Shown here piece after piece: positions 10,410 to 22,459 of a stretch of 40,774 nucleotides of DNA; positions within the stretch are counted from its first letter, which is position 1; every line of letters begins with the position of its first letter. The DNA is taken from positions 62,001-102,774 of the forward strand of contig PNXW01002946.1 of assembly GCA_013265495.1 (NCBI GenBank), written 5' to 3'. This DNA comes from Vicugna vicugna (taxonomy: Eukaryota). The notes under the pieces are model-generated. The model was not told the DNA's origin and made no database searches. It saw only the letters and a program-made list of their open reading frames with translations. The position numbers and the translations under genes are program-made.

Positions 10410-13400
10410 TTTATTCCACATATGAGTGATATCATATGATATTTTTCTTTCTCTTTCTAGCTTACCTCACTTAGGATGACATTCTGCAGGGACATCCATG
10501 TTTCTACAAATGACATTATGTTGTCATTTTGTATGGCTGAATAGTATTCCATTGTGTAAATATACCATTTCTTTATCTAGTCATCTGTAGAGGGACATTT
10601 AAGCTGTTTCCATGACTTGGCTATTGTAAATAGTGCTGCTATGGACATTGGAGTGCTGGTGTCTTTTTGAATTAGGGCAATTTCTGGATATATTCCTAGG
10701 AGTGGTGTTACTGAGTCATATGGTAAGTCTGTTCCTAGTCTTACCAGGAATCTCCATATTGTTTTCCACAGTGGCTCTACCAAACTGCATTCCCACCAGC
10801 AGTGTAGGAGGATTCCCTTAACTCCACAGCCTGTCAAGTATTATCATCTGTGGACTTCTGAATAATGGCCATACTGACTCATGTGAAGTGATACCTCATT
10901 GTTGTTTTGATTTGCATTTCTCTGATAATTAGTGATACTGAACATTTTTTCATATGCATATCGATCATTCATATGTCTTTATTGGAGAATTGCTTATTTA
11001 GGCCTTCTGCCCATTTTTGGGGTGAGGTTTTTTTTTTTTCTTATTAAGTTATATGAGCTGCTTATATAGTCTGGAGACCAAGCCTTTGTCAGTTTCATCT
11101 TTTGCAAATATTTTTTCCCATTCCACAGGTTGTTATTTTGTTTTGCTTATGGTTTCCTTTACTGTGCAAAATCTTATAAGTTCAAGTTGGGGCTTATTGT
11201 TTACTACTGCTTTTATTTCTATTTCTTGTGTACACTGCCCTAGGAGAACATTGCTAGGATATATGTGTAATAATATTTGGCCTGAGTTTTCTTCTAGGAA
11301 GCTTATTGTATCTTGTCTTATGTTTAATTTTTTGATCCATTTTAAGTTGATTTTTGTGTATAGTGTAAGGGAGCGTTCTAGCTTCATTGCTTTACATGCT
11401 GCTGTCCAGTTTTCCCAACACCATTTGCTGAAGAGATTTGCCTTTATTCTATTTTTTTTTTTGCCTATTTGTAGAAGATTAATTGACCCAAAGTTTGTGG
11501 GTTCATTTCTGGGCTCTCTAGTCTGATCCATTGGTCTATATGTCTGTTTTTGTACCAATACCATGCTATTTTGATTACTGTGATTCTGTCTAAGGCCTGG
11601 GAGGGTTATTCTTGTAGCCTCATTCTTATTCTTCAGTAAAGGTTTATCAATTCTGTGTCTTTTGTGATTCCATATATATTTTATTAAGATTTGTTCTAGT
11701 TCTGTTAAATATGTCCTGGGTAATTTGATAGAGATTGTATTAATCTTTAAATTGCCTTGGACAGTATGACCATTTTAACAATACTGATTTTTCCAATCAA
11801 GGAGTATGGGATACCTTTCCATTTTTTTAAATCCTGTTTTCCTTAATCAGTGATTTATAGTTCTCCATGTATATGTCTATCACTTCCTTGGTTAGCTTAG
11901 TTCTAGGTATTTTATTACTTTGGGTGCTATTTTAAAAGGGATTTTTTTCTTTCTTTTTTTTTTCCTGTTGATTCATCATTAGTGTAAATAAATGCAAATG
12001 ATTTTTGTACATTAATCTTGTAACCTGCTAACTTTCTGAATTATTTTATTAGTTCTGGTAGTTCTTGTATGGAACTTTTAGAATTTTCTATATATATTAT
12101 CATGTCATCTGCATATAGTGACACTTTTACCTCTTCTTTTCCAATTTGGATCCCTTTTATTTCTCTTTTCTGCCCAATTGCTGTGGCTAGGACTTCCAAG
12201 ACTATAGTGAATAGGAGTTGTGAGATTGGACAGCCTCCTTTGTCCCAGATTTTAGTGGGAAGGTTTTCAGTTTTTCACATTGAGTACTATGCTGGCTGGA
12301 GGTCTGTCACATAAAACTTTTATTATTTTTGAGATACGTTCCCTCTATACCCACTTTGGTGAGAATTCTTATCATAAATGGGTGTTGAAACTTATCAAAT
12401 GCTTTTCCTGCACATATTGAGATGATCATGTGGTTTTTGTCCTTTCACTTGTTAATGTGATGTATTACACTGATTGATTTGTGTATGTTGAACCACTCTT
12501 GTGTCCCTGGGATGAACCCCACTTGATTGTGGCATATAATCTTTTTTAAGTGCTGTTAGATTCTATTTGCTAATATTTTGTTGAAGGTTTTTGCATCTAT
12601 GTTCATCAGTGATATTGATCTGTAATTCTCTTTTTTGGTAGTGTCTTTGCCTGATTTTGGTATCAGGGTGATGGTGGCTCCATAGAATGAGTTTGGGAGT
12701 ATTCCCTCCTTTTCAATCTTCTGAAAGAATTTGAGAAGAACTGGTATGAATTCTTCTTTGTATGTTTGATTGGAATTCCCCAGTGAAACTGTCCATTCCT
12801 GGACTTTTATTTGTAGGGTTTTTTTTTTATTATTATTACTATCTATTTCATTTCTAGTGATCAGTTTGTTTAAGTGGTCAGATTCTTGATTTAGTCTTGG
12901 TGGACTGTATGGGTCCAGAAACTTATCCATTTCTTCTACATAATTCATTCTGTTTCCATATAGTTGTTCATAGTATTCTCATCTGATATTTTGTATTTCT
13001 GTAGTATTGGTTGTAATTTCTCCATTTTCATTTTTTATTTTGCTTGTTTGTGCTTTCTCTTTTCTCCTCTTTTTTTTAAATTTTATTATTTTTTAACTCT
13101 TTTCTCATCTATTTCAGCTTGTCCAGACTTTTGCCAATTTTGTTTACTTTTTCATAAAAATGAGTTCTTGGTTTGACTGATTTTTCCTATCATTTTTAAA
13201 TCTCTATTTTATTTATTATCTCCCTGATCTTTATTATTTCCTTCCTTCTGCTGACTTTTGTTTTTTGATTTTGTTTTTGTTTTTTGCTATTCTTTTTCTA
13301 ATTCTTTTAGCTGGTAGGTTAGATTGTTTATTTGAGATTGTTCTTCATTTTTGAGGAAGGCCTGTGTCATTATAAACTTCCCTCTTAGCACTGCCTTTGC

Positions 13401-14202
13401 TGCATCCCATAGATTTTGTGTGGTAGTATTTTCACTGTCATTCATCTCAAGGTATTTTTTCTTTTATTTCATCTTCAAGTTCATCACTGACCCATTGGAT
13501 TTTTGTAGCATGTTGTTTAATCTCCATGCTGTCATTTTTTTTCTCTCTGTTTTTCTGTGGTTGATTTCTAGCTTCATGGCATTGTGGTCAGAAAAGGTGC
13601 TTGAGATAATCTCTACCTTCTTAAAATTGTTGAGGCTTCTTTTGTGCACAAGTACATGATTGTTTTAGAAAATGTTATATATGCACTTAAAAATAATGTA
13701 TATTCTAGTTTTTGAAGATGTAATGTTCTGAAAATATCAACCAAGTCTAGTTGTTTTATTTTATCTTTTAATTTCTCTTTTGCCTTTTTTATTTTCTGTC
13801 TGAAAGAACTGTCCAGTGATTTAATGGGGTGTTAAAGTCTCTGGCAATGGTTATATTCCATTCAGTTACTCCCTTTTTCTCTGTTAGTATTTGCTTAATG
13901 TACTTAGGTGCTCCTATATTGGGTGCATATATGTTAATGTGTGCAATATCCTCATCTTGTTTTACCCCTTTAATGACTATAAAATGTCCTTCTTTATCTT
14001 GCTTTATAGCCTTTTCATGGAATATATTTTTCTATTCTTTCACTCTCAATGTATGTGTGTTCTTCTCCCTAAAGTGTGTCTCTTGTATGCAGCATATTGA
14101 AAGTTCTTGTTTTATTTTACAGTGTGCCACTGTATGTCTTTTGATTGGAGCATTTAGTCCATTGATATTTACAGTAATTAATGATGTGTGTTTATTGCCA
14201 CT
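10410..14202 (-). pseudogene. ORF2: L1 ORF2 (endonuclease/reverse transcriptase) of B, broken by stops and frameshifts
   Basis: Fragments: [100 protein letters not shown]. Confidence 0.93.
13071..13096 (-). other. Tiny poly(A)-like insertion flanked by a 14-bp TSD inside B ORF2
   Basis: ctcttttctcctct (13057-13070) and ctcttttctcatct (13097-13110) flank tttttttaaattttattattttttaa; the homologous site in A (~6730) lacks the insert. Confidence 0.65.
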
Positions 14203-14588
14203 TTGACTTAGTTTTGCAGTTGATTTGTTATTTCCTCTTTGTTCTTTTCTTTTTCCTTTTGTGGTTTGGTAATTTTCCTTTATATTATAATGGAATTTTT
14301 TAAGTTTTTGTGACTCCATTGTAAGATTTTGGCTTGTGGTTACCCTTTTCTTTACATATATTAACCCATTACTATAACTGTTTGTATTAAACAGATAGTA
14401 ATTTAAGCTCAAACCCATCCTATGGAGAATTAAAAAAAAACTCTTTATTTTCTTGCTTCATTCTCCCACACTTAATGATTTAGATATCTTCTTTTATAAT
14501 TTCATGTTTATTCTATTGTAATTCATGGTAGTTATTATCTTTCCAGCTATGGTTTTCTCCTTTCTGTAGCATCCTGCTTCTACTCTAT

Positions 14589-15478
14589 TTAGAGTAAACC
14601 TTCCAATATTTCTTTTAGTATGGGATTAGTGTTGCTAAATGCTTCTAGTTTTTTGCTTGTATGTGAAGTTTTTTTTATCTCTCCTTCTATTTTAAAGGAT
14701 AACCTTGCTGGATAAAGTATCCTAGGCTGCATCTTTTTTTCATTCAGGACTTTGAATATATTTTGCCACATCTTTCTGGCCTGTCGTGTTTGTGTAAAGA
14801 AATCAGCTGAGAGACTTATGGGAGTTCCCTTGTAACTCACTCCTTGTTTTCCTCTTGTTGCTTTTAGGATCATTTCTTTATCCTTAACCCTGGTCATCCT
14901 GATTACAATATGTCTTGGTGTGGGTCTGTTTGGGTTCTCCCTGTTTGGGACCCTCTGAGCTTCCTGTACTTGGATATCTGATTCCTTCTTTAGGCTTGGG
15001 ATTTTTCAGTAATTTCTTCAAATACTGTTACAATCCCCTTTGTTCCATCCTCTCCTCCTTGGACCCCTATTATGCCTAGATTGGCACACTTTATATTATC
15101 CCTTAGGTCCCTTATATTTTTTCATTGTTTTTTATTTGTTTTTCTCTCAGGTGTTCTGATTGGGTGATTTTTGTTGTCCTGTCTTCTAAATCACTTATTC
15201 ATTCCTCTGCATTATCTAGCCTGATTTTTAGTCTTTAAGTCAGCTCTCATCTCAGCAAATGAGTTTTCCAATTTTAATTGGCTCCTCTTTATAGTTTCAA
15301 TTTCCTTTTTGACATGTTCTCTATCTGTAAACACAATCTCTTTTAGTTGCTTCAGTACTCTGATCACTCCTTTTTTAAAATCATGATCTAGTAGGCTATC
15401 AATGTCTATTTCATTGAGCATTCTTTAAGGTGATTTCTCTTGCTCTTTAAATTGGGAATGACTCCTCTGCTTCTTCAT
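14589..15478 (-). pseudogene. ORF1: L1 ORF1 of B, frameshifted
   Basis: NEIDIDSLLDHDFKKGVIRVLKQLKE and VKDKEMILKATRGK..YKGTPISLSADF..QPRILYPARLSF. Confidence 0.92.
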
Positions 15479-17227
15479 TTTGCTGATATTTCTCTGGCAC
15501 TATTGTTTATGGAGTATCAGTTGTCTACTGTGGTCCTTAAGGAGTTTATTTATCTATCTAGAGCAGATGCAGATATAAAACAAATAAACAAAAAAAGAAA
15601 TTTAAGAGAAGAGAAAAAAGGTATGAAAACAGTATAATCAATAACAGAAGAACACATTGGAGCAAAAGAAAAGTTGAGTTGAGAAGTATTTGACAAACCT
15701 TAAAATAGGGAACAAAATTGAAAACTGAGTATAATCAATAACAGGGGAACAAAAAACATAAAAATGAAATTGAGGTAAATTTTAAAAATAATAGTAATAA
15801 AACATTTTAAAAGATAATTTTAAATGGGATTAAAAATAGAGACATATACAATTGTTTAAAAAGTAAAAATTAAAAAAGTAAAAGAAAATATAACAGAGAA
15901 AAAAAAAAGGATGTGGTCCTGTGGAGATTGTGCACTCTTAATGATTTTGTTGAGAAATTCTTAAGGGTGGATGGTTACCAGTCTTACTTTGCTTTGGTTA
16001 GGGGTGTGGCCATTGACTTGATAGAGCCTGTCCTTATTTTTCAGTGGGGCTTTCTTTTTATTTTGATGTTGTCACTGTTCCTGCCTTAGCCCTGCTGCAT
16101 GAACTCAGCTTGCTGGTTCCAGAGGCCCTTTGTTTGTGCCCCTGGTCTGTACTGCCTCCAGTGCTGGTTGGCAGGCAAGTCATGCCCCTTCCCTACACCT
16201 TGGACAGGTGCTGAACTCCTGCATGTTAGGCGTGTGGGTTGTGCCCTCTCATGGCACAGCCGTTACTCCCCTGCTCTGTGAAGCTCCCCGCTCCACATCA
16301 GGTCTTTAGGCAAGCTCAGGAAAAACAGCAGAACTGCACTCGCCCCTGCTCAGTGCCATAACTCTGCTCCTTGTTGGTTTGTCTTAGAGGCAGGAGTTCA
16401 CAGATTTACCAGGGCAGAACTATCCTATCTGTCTTTGGCTGTAAACAAGTTTCAGTCCCAACTTTGAGGTTACAAAACCCCTTGGTATGTATTCAGGTTT
16501 CGACCCCACCCCTGCCTGGGTGCTAAGCGCAGGAGGATATGGTTCTATGGCTGAGCCTCACCTCTCTTCTCCCAAGAAAGTGCTGGTATTGGTTCTGCAG
16601 GTTTTCAGAGATAAAGGCTATGGAACACTTCACCCTATGACCCACAAGCCTCGTTGCTTTTTGTTTTTTTGGGGGGGTATTTTATAGGGGACCCAGGCTG
16701 TTCTGCTCTGTAACCCTCCAAGTCACAGTGCACAGCACACTGCAATCCCCTGAGATTGCCTTGGTACAGCCTTCCCCAGTCCTCCACCTGGCTTGGGCAG
16801 CCTTTTCTGTCCCCCATCTGCCATTTTGTCTCTAGGGCCGGGGGTTATGGAGGCCTTTTGTGCCCGTTCATCTTAGTTCTGTTAGTCAAGTGCTATTCCA
16901 TACAGATCTGAGCCTTGGAAGCCCCCTGTCAGTCCCCCTGACATCTCTGTTGGAGAGGAAAAGACCCAGTGAAGGAGCGCTATTCCTCCTTTGCTGCTCC
17001 CTCCCTGCGAGACTGGTCCTACATTATTTTGCTTCTTTTTCTTTCTTTTTTCCTTTTCTCCTACCAGATTCATGGCATATTTTGTCTTTTGAAGGAGGCA
17101 ATGTTCTATCAAAGTTCAGCAAGTGTTCTGATTGGCTGGGTGGGTCTGTGGATGTCAGTCTTGGTGTATTTGTAGGAGAGGGTGAGCTACTAGCATCTTT
17201 CTACTCTGCCATCTTGGCTGCTCCCTC

Positions 17228-18528
17228 TTCTCTTTGTGATTTGATACTTTTGTATTATCATGGTTTCATTTTGGGCTTTGTGACTCTATTTTATGCTTTT
17301 GAATTGTAGTTACCCTGTTTTTAAGTACACTAACCCATTACTATATTTATTTACTTAAAACTGATAGTTGTATAAGCTTAAACACAATGTAAACAGTATG
17401 AAAAGAAGATAATCTATTTTTCCTTGCTCTCCTCTTCCACCTTTAATGAGTTTAGTGTCCTCTTTCACACCTTCATGTTCATTCTATTTCAACTCATTGT
17501 ATATTTGCATTTCCAAATATGTTTTTTTTTCCTTTCTATAACATCCCACTTCTTTTCCTTTTAGAGTAGACCTTTCAATATTACTTTTAGGATTGGTTTA
17601 ATATTGTTGAATTCCTTTTGTTTTTGCTTGTCTGTCGAATACTTTATATCTCCTTCTATTCTAAATGGTAGCCTTCCTGGACAGTGTTCTTGGTTACAGC
17701 CTTTTCTCATTTATATCTTTGAATATATCTTGTTACTCCCTTCTAATCTTCAATATTTATGCTGAGAAATCAGTTGAAAACCTTATTGATTTCCTTGTAG
17801 CTAAGTTTTTGTTTTAATCTTGCTTTCTTTAGAATCATTTCTTTTTAATCTTGGCCATCTTGATTATATTATGTCTTGGTGTACGTCTATTCTGGTTCTT
17901 CTTGTTGCCCTCTGTGCTTCATGTACTTAGATATCTGATTCCTTCTTTAGGTTTGGGAAGTTTTCAGTCATGATTTCTTCAAAAAAATTTTAAATTCTCT
18001 CTTAACTTTCTTCTCCTTCTGGGACCCCTATTATGAACAGATTATGATGCTTTATATTATCCTGTAAATGCCTTATATTGCTTTCATTAGTTTGTACTTG
18101 ATTTTGTCTTGGTTCTGATTGGGTGATTTCAGTTATCCTGTCATCTAAGTCACTTATTCTTTCCTCTGCATTATCTAGTCTGCTTTTAATGGACTTTAAC
18201 TTGGTACTTATCTCAGCCATTGAATTTTCTGGGGTTTTTCTAGCTCCACTTTATAATTTATATTTCCTTTTTATAATATTCTACATGATTTTTACAGTCT
18301 CTCTTATTTCCTTCAATGCTTTTATCATTCCCTTCATAAATCATGATCTATTAGAGTATCAAGGTCTATTTCATTGGCTATTGTTTCAGGGTACTTTTCT
18401 TGTTCTTTTAGATAATAGTTATTTCCTTCTTCATTTTACTTATATCTCTCTGGCACTGTGGGTTATGGATTATCAGTTATTTACTGTGGTCATGAAGGTT
18501 TTATTTTTTTTTAAAGATGATTCATTCC
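17228..18528 (-). mobile_element. L1 element A, segment 3: inter-ORF spacer and decayed ORF1
   Basis: ORF 18002-18220 [39 protein letters not shown]. Confidence 0.9.
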
Positions 18529-19969
18529 CAGAAATGAACCCACAAACTTTTGGTCAACTCATCTTTGACAAAGGAGGCAAGAATATACAATGGAATCGAG
18601 ACAGTCTCTTCAGCAAATGGTGTTGGGAAAACTGGTGTTGGGACAGCCGCATGTAAAACAATGAAGGTAGAACACTCCTTTACACCATACACAAAAATCA
18701 AGTCAAAATGGATCAGAGACTTAAACATGAGACAAGATAAAATAAAACTCCTACAAGAAAATATAGACAAAACATTATCTGACATACATCTCAAAAATAT
18801 CCTCCTAGAAGAGTCTACTCAAGCAATACAAATAAAAGTGAGAATAAACAAATAGGACCTAATTAAACTTACAAGCTTCTGCCCAGCAAAGGTAACCATA
18901 AGTAAAGCAATACAACAACTTACAGAATGGGAGAAAATTTTTGCAAATGAAACTGACAAAGGCTTGATCTCCAGAATATATAAGCAGCTCATAAGACTTA
19001 AAAAGAAAAAAACATACAACCCAATCAAAAAATGGGCAGAAGACCTAAGCAAGCAATTCTCCAAGGAAGACATGCAAATGATCAATAAACACATGAAAAA
19101 ATGCTCAATATCACTAATTATCAGAGAAATGCAAATCAAAACTACAATGAGGTATCACCTCACACCAGTCAGAATGGCCGTCATTCAAAAATCCAAAAAT
19201 GACAAATGCTGGAGAGGCTGTGGAGAAAGGGGAACCCTCCTACACTGCTGGTGGGAATGCAGTTATGCAGTTTGATGAAGCCACTGTGGAAAACAGTATG
19301 GAGATTTCTCAAAAGACTAGGAATAGACTTACTTTATGACCCAGGAATCCCACTCCTGGGCATATATCCAGAAGGAAATCTACTTCAGGATGACACATGC
19401 ACCCCAATGTTCATAGCAGCACTATTTACAATAGCCAAGATATGGAAATAGCCTAAATGTCCGTCAACAGATGACTGGATAAGAAGATGTGGTATATTTA
19501 TACAATGGAATACTACTCAGCCATAAAAACTGACAACATAATGCTATTTACAGCATCATGTATGCTCCTGGAGAATGTCATTCTAAGTGAAGTAAGCCAG
19601 AAAGAGAAAGAAAAATATCATATGAGATCTCTCATATATGGAATCTGAAAACAAACAAACAAAGCATAAATACAAAAAGAAATAGACTCATAGACATAGC
19701 ATACAAACTTGTGGTTGCCAAGGGGTGGGGGATGGGAAGAGATAGACTGGGATTTCAAAACTGTAGAATAGATAAACAAGATTATACTCTATCGCACAGG
19801 GAAATTGATACAAGATCTTATGGTAGCTCACAGATAAAAAATGTGATAATGAATATGAGTACAAATGAGTATGTTCATGTAAAACTGAAAAATTGTGCTG
19901 AAAACTTGAATTTGACACAACATTGTAAAATGATTATAAATCAATAAAAAATGTTAAAAAACAAAAAAG
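18529..19969 (+). mobile_element. 5'-truncated L1 element C (~1.44 kb) with poly(A) and TSD, antisense to A
   Basis: ORF2 C-terminus ([45 protein letters not shown]), 3' UTR, aataaa and A-tail; TSD agatgattcattcc at 18515-18528 and 19970-19983. Confidence 0.96.
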
Positions 19970-19983
19970 AGATGATTCATTCC

Positions 19984-21478
19984 TGTGTAGACTGTGTGCA
20001 CCTAATACTTTTGTTGCAAATTGTGTTTTTAGCATGGATGGTTGCCACATCTTTCTCCTATGTGTGGTGGCTGTTATCCCTTTGGCTCATGGTGTGGCCA
20101 GTGTTGTGTTGATCAGAGCCTGCTGTTTTGTTGAGTGTGGCCTCCTTAATGTTCTGTGGTGTTGCAGTCCTAACATGGGCTGGGTTTGTTACCCTTTTGT
20201 TAAAAAGTTGGCTTCCAGACCCATTTCTGAGATGTGATGCATGGTAGGCAGGGTTGGAGCACTTCAAGTACTCTTCTTTGATGCTGCCCTTTTCCCTGTT
20301 TTAGCTACAGGAATGTTAATCCTCTGCTCTGGTGTTCACCAGTTTCTCTGCCCTCAGAGCTACCAGTGCAGATCTGATGATATCTGGGTCACACACCTGG
20401 ATTGTGGCATGCTATTGAGTGAGCACCATCCCCAGCACCAAGTGCTAGTGCTGCACTAGCTCCCACTGTGTGAACTCTACCCATTTGTCTTAGAGGTTTG
20501 CATATGCAAACCACTAGCAATTGTGCAGTCTCGCTTCTGGGTCAGCACAGTCCCTAGAACCACATCCACCTACAGTAGGCAGACCTGCTGAACATGCTGC
20601 ACTTGCACTTGCCCTCACTGTGAGCCAGAAGTTGCTCCTTGCTTGTTTGTCTTAGGGGTGCAGGTCCATAAAGGTAGCCACAGAGAAAATTAGTCCCCTC
20701 TGCCTGGGGCTGTAAACAAATCTCAGTCCCTCTTGTGAAGTTGCAGAGCTCTTTTGTATGTGTTCAGGTTTCAACTTCATCTCTGCCTTTGAGCCACATA
20801 CCAGACTGTATGGCTGCTATGGCTGAGCCATGCCTCTTTTTTCCCCAAGAATGCTCCAGGAATGGTGTTGTGGGCCTGTGGACACACTGGTTATGGCCCA
20901 GCCATGTTGTGCCCCTCCCCACAGCATGCACCAGCAGTGTTTCTTTTTTCTTTTTTCTATTCTTTTTGTGGGGACCCAGGCTATTCTGTTCTGTATACAC
21001 TTCCAGCCATGGCCCACAGCACACTCCAGCCCCCTCAGGCTGTTTCTGTGCAGTTGGCCCTGGCCCTCCACCTGGCTATGGGAACCAGCCCCACCCCAAC
21101 CCCCTGGCTCATGTCTAAGGCTGGGGGTCTCAGGGAAACTTTGTATCAGTTTCTCCCAGTTCTGTTGGGCAAGGGGCTGCTGTCCACTCTTCTGGGCCTC
21201 AGGGGTTCCCTTTCTATCCCCACTGACCTCTCCTTTGGTGAGGGGGAGTCCCAGAGTAAAAGCACTATTCCTCCTTTGCTGCTCTCTCATCACCAGACAG
21301 GTACAGCACTAATTTTTTTTCTATCAGATTTTTGAGGAATTTTGTCTTTGAAGAAGGTGATGTTCTATCGAAGTTCAGCAGGTGTTCTGAGTGAATTAAT
21401 GGATCTGTGAATGTCTCTCTTGGTGTATTTGTGGGACAGGGTGAGCTAAGAGCATCTTTCTTCTCCACCATCCTGGTT
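19984..21478 (-). mobile_element. L1 element A, segment 4: 5' UTR
   Basis: Homologous to the B, F and G 5' UTRs (gggctgtaaacaaatctcagtccc; gaagttcagcaggtgttctg; ggtgtatttgtgggacagggtgagct); ends ctccaccatcctggttgc. Confidence 0.88.
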
Positions 21479-21922
21479 GCAAATCCCAGATTCTCAAGTT
21501 TATCCTTATCTTTTCCTACTCCCTTTCCCCCAGTAACCATAGGATTGTTTACTTGCCTGCAAATGTCTCTATTTTGTAGATGAGTTCATTAGTGTATTAT
21601 TATTATTGTTGTTGTTGTTGTTGTTATTATTTTATTATTATTATTTAGATTTGGGAGAGAACTCTAATTCAAAAAGATACATGCATCCTAATGTTCATAG
21701 CAGTGCTATATATAATAACTAAGAAATGGAAGGAATCTGAATGTCCATCGACAGATGATTGGATAAAGAAGTTGTGGTATATTTACAGTGGAATACTACT
21801 CCAAAATAAACAATAATGAAATAATGCCATTTGCAGCAACATGGATAGACTAGAGATTGTCATTCGAAATGAAGTAAACCAGGAAGGGAAAGAATCATAT
21901 AATATCACACATATATGGAATC
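21477..21922 (-). mobile_element. L1 remnant D with 5' inversion (twin-priming structure)
   Basis: 21477-21651 is minus-strand 3' UTR up to ttagattt; 21653-21922 is plus-strand ORF2 end running to ggaatct(aa) and abutting the TSD. Confidence 0.82.
21595..21645. repeat. (TTA)n/(TTG)n microsatellite from the L1 A-rich tract after ORF2
   Basis: Direct reading. Confidence 0.9.
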
Positions 21923-22459
21923 TAAGAGCTAATAAGCCTCTTACCAGATTTATGACCCACAGATGTCTTTCTCATGGAACTTTGAAATGTAATAATCAAG
22001 GAAGACAGTACTCCTAACTCTCATTTTCTGTGGGAGTGTACAAGCCTAACCTGGTGGAGAATTTTCTCCAAGCTGCAAAAATACCTCATCTTATAAAGAT
22101 ATGAAGAGATTGTGTTTCCTTTAGATAAATCCAATTAGCTAACTCAAATAACCAGCCAAATAACAAGGTGAATCTAGGATGAACTGTGTGTGATAAATTG
22201 TGTTGTTAAGTGCTCTTACTTGAGGAATAATTATTGTTTATCTTGAGTACATGTCTGCAATAGATGGTATCTGTTTGGCAGTCTAAAAGAGTGAGTTTTT
22301 TTTTCAGTGTTTGCAAATTCTTAGTAGGATGCCTGTGTTGCTCATCACATTCTGATTCAATGCTTATTCAATAAAACAATTGTTTTCTTTCTCTTCTACT
22401 TTTGTGAAGAGGTTTTTTAGCTTCACAGGATATTTTGTTTTTAATACTATTTCCCCAAA
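21923..22459 (+). mobile_element. MER34-like ERV1 solo LTR, 3' part (begins with the right TSD copy)
   Basis: tttcctttagataaatccaattagctaac; AATAAA at 22370-22375; ends ttttaatactatttccccaaa, like the MER34A terminus (recall). Confidence 0.78.

Larger units (their letters stand above)
10076..17227 (-). mobile_element. Full-length L1 element B (~7.15 kb), decayed, inserted in A in the same orientation
   Basis: T-run at 10076-10083, then 3' UTR, ORF2, spacer, ORF1 and 5' UTR ending ctactctgccatcttggctgctccc (YY1-type L1 start). A resumes immediately afterwards. Confidence 0.93.

Noticed and set aside
10060..17240. TSD for element B
   Set aside because: Both flanks are low-complexity pyrimidine tracts with no convincing direct repeat; nesting rests on A's collinearity instead.
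11053..19139. Hydrophobic ORFs antisense to L1 ORF1/ORF2 (e.g. 11053-11526, 18123-18656, 18819-19139)
   Set aside because: Expected by-products of the T-rich antisense strand of L1; 18123-18656 is a chance fusion across the A/C junction.
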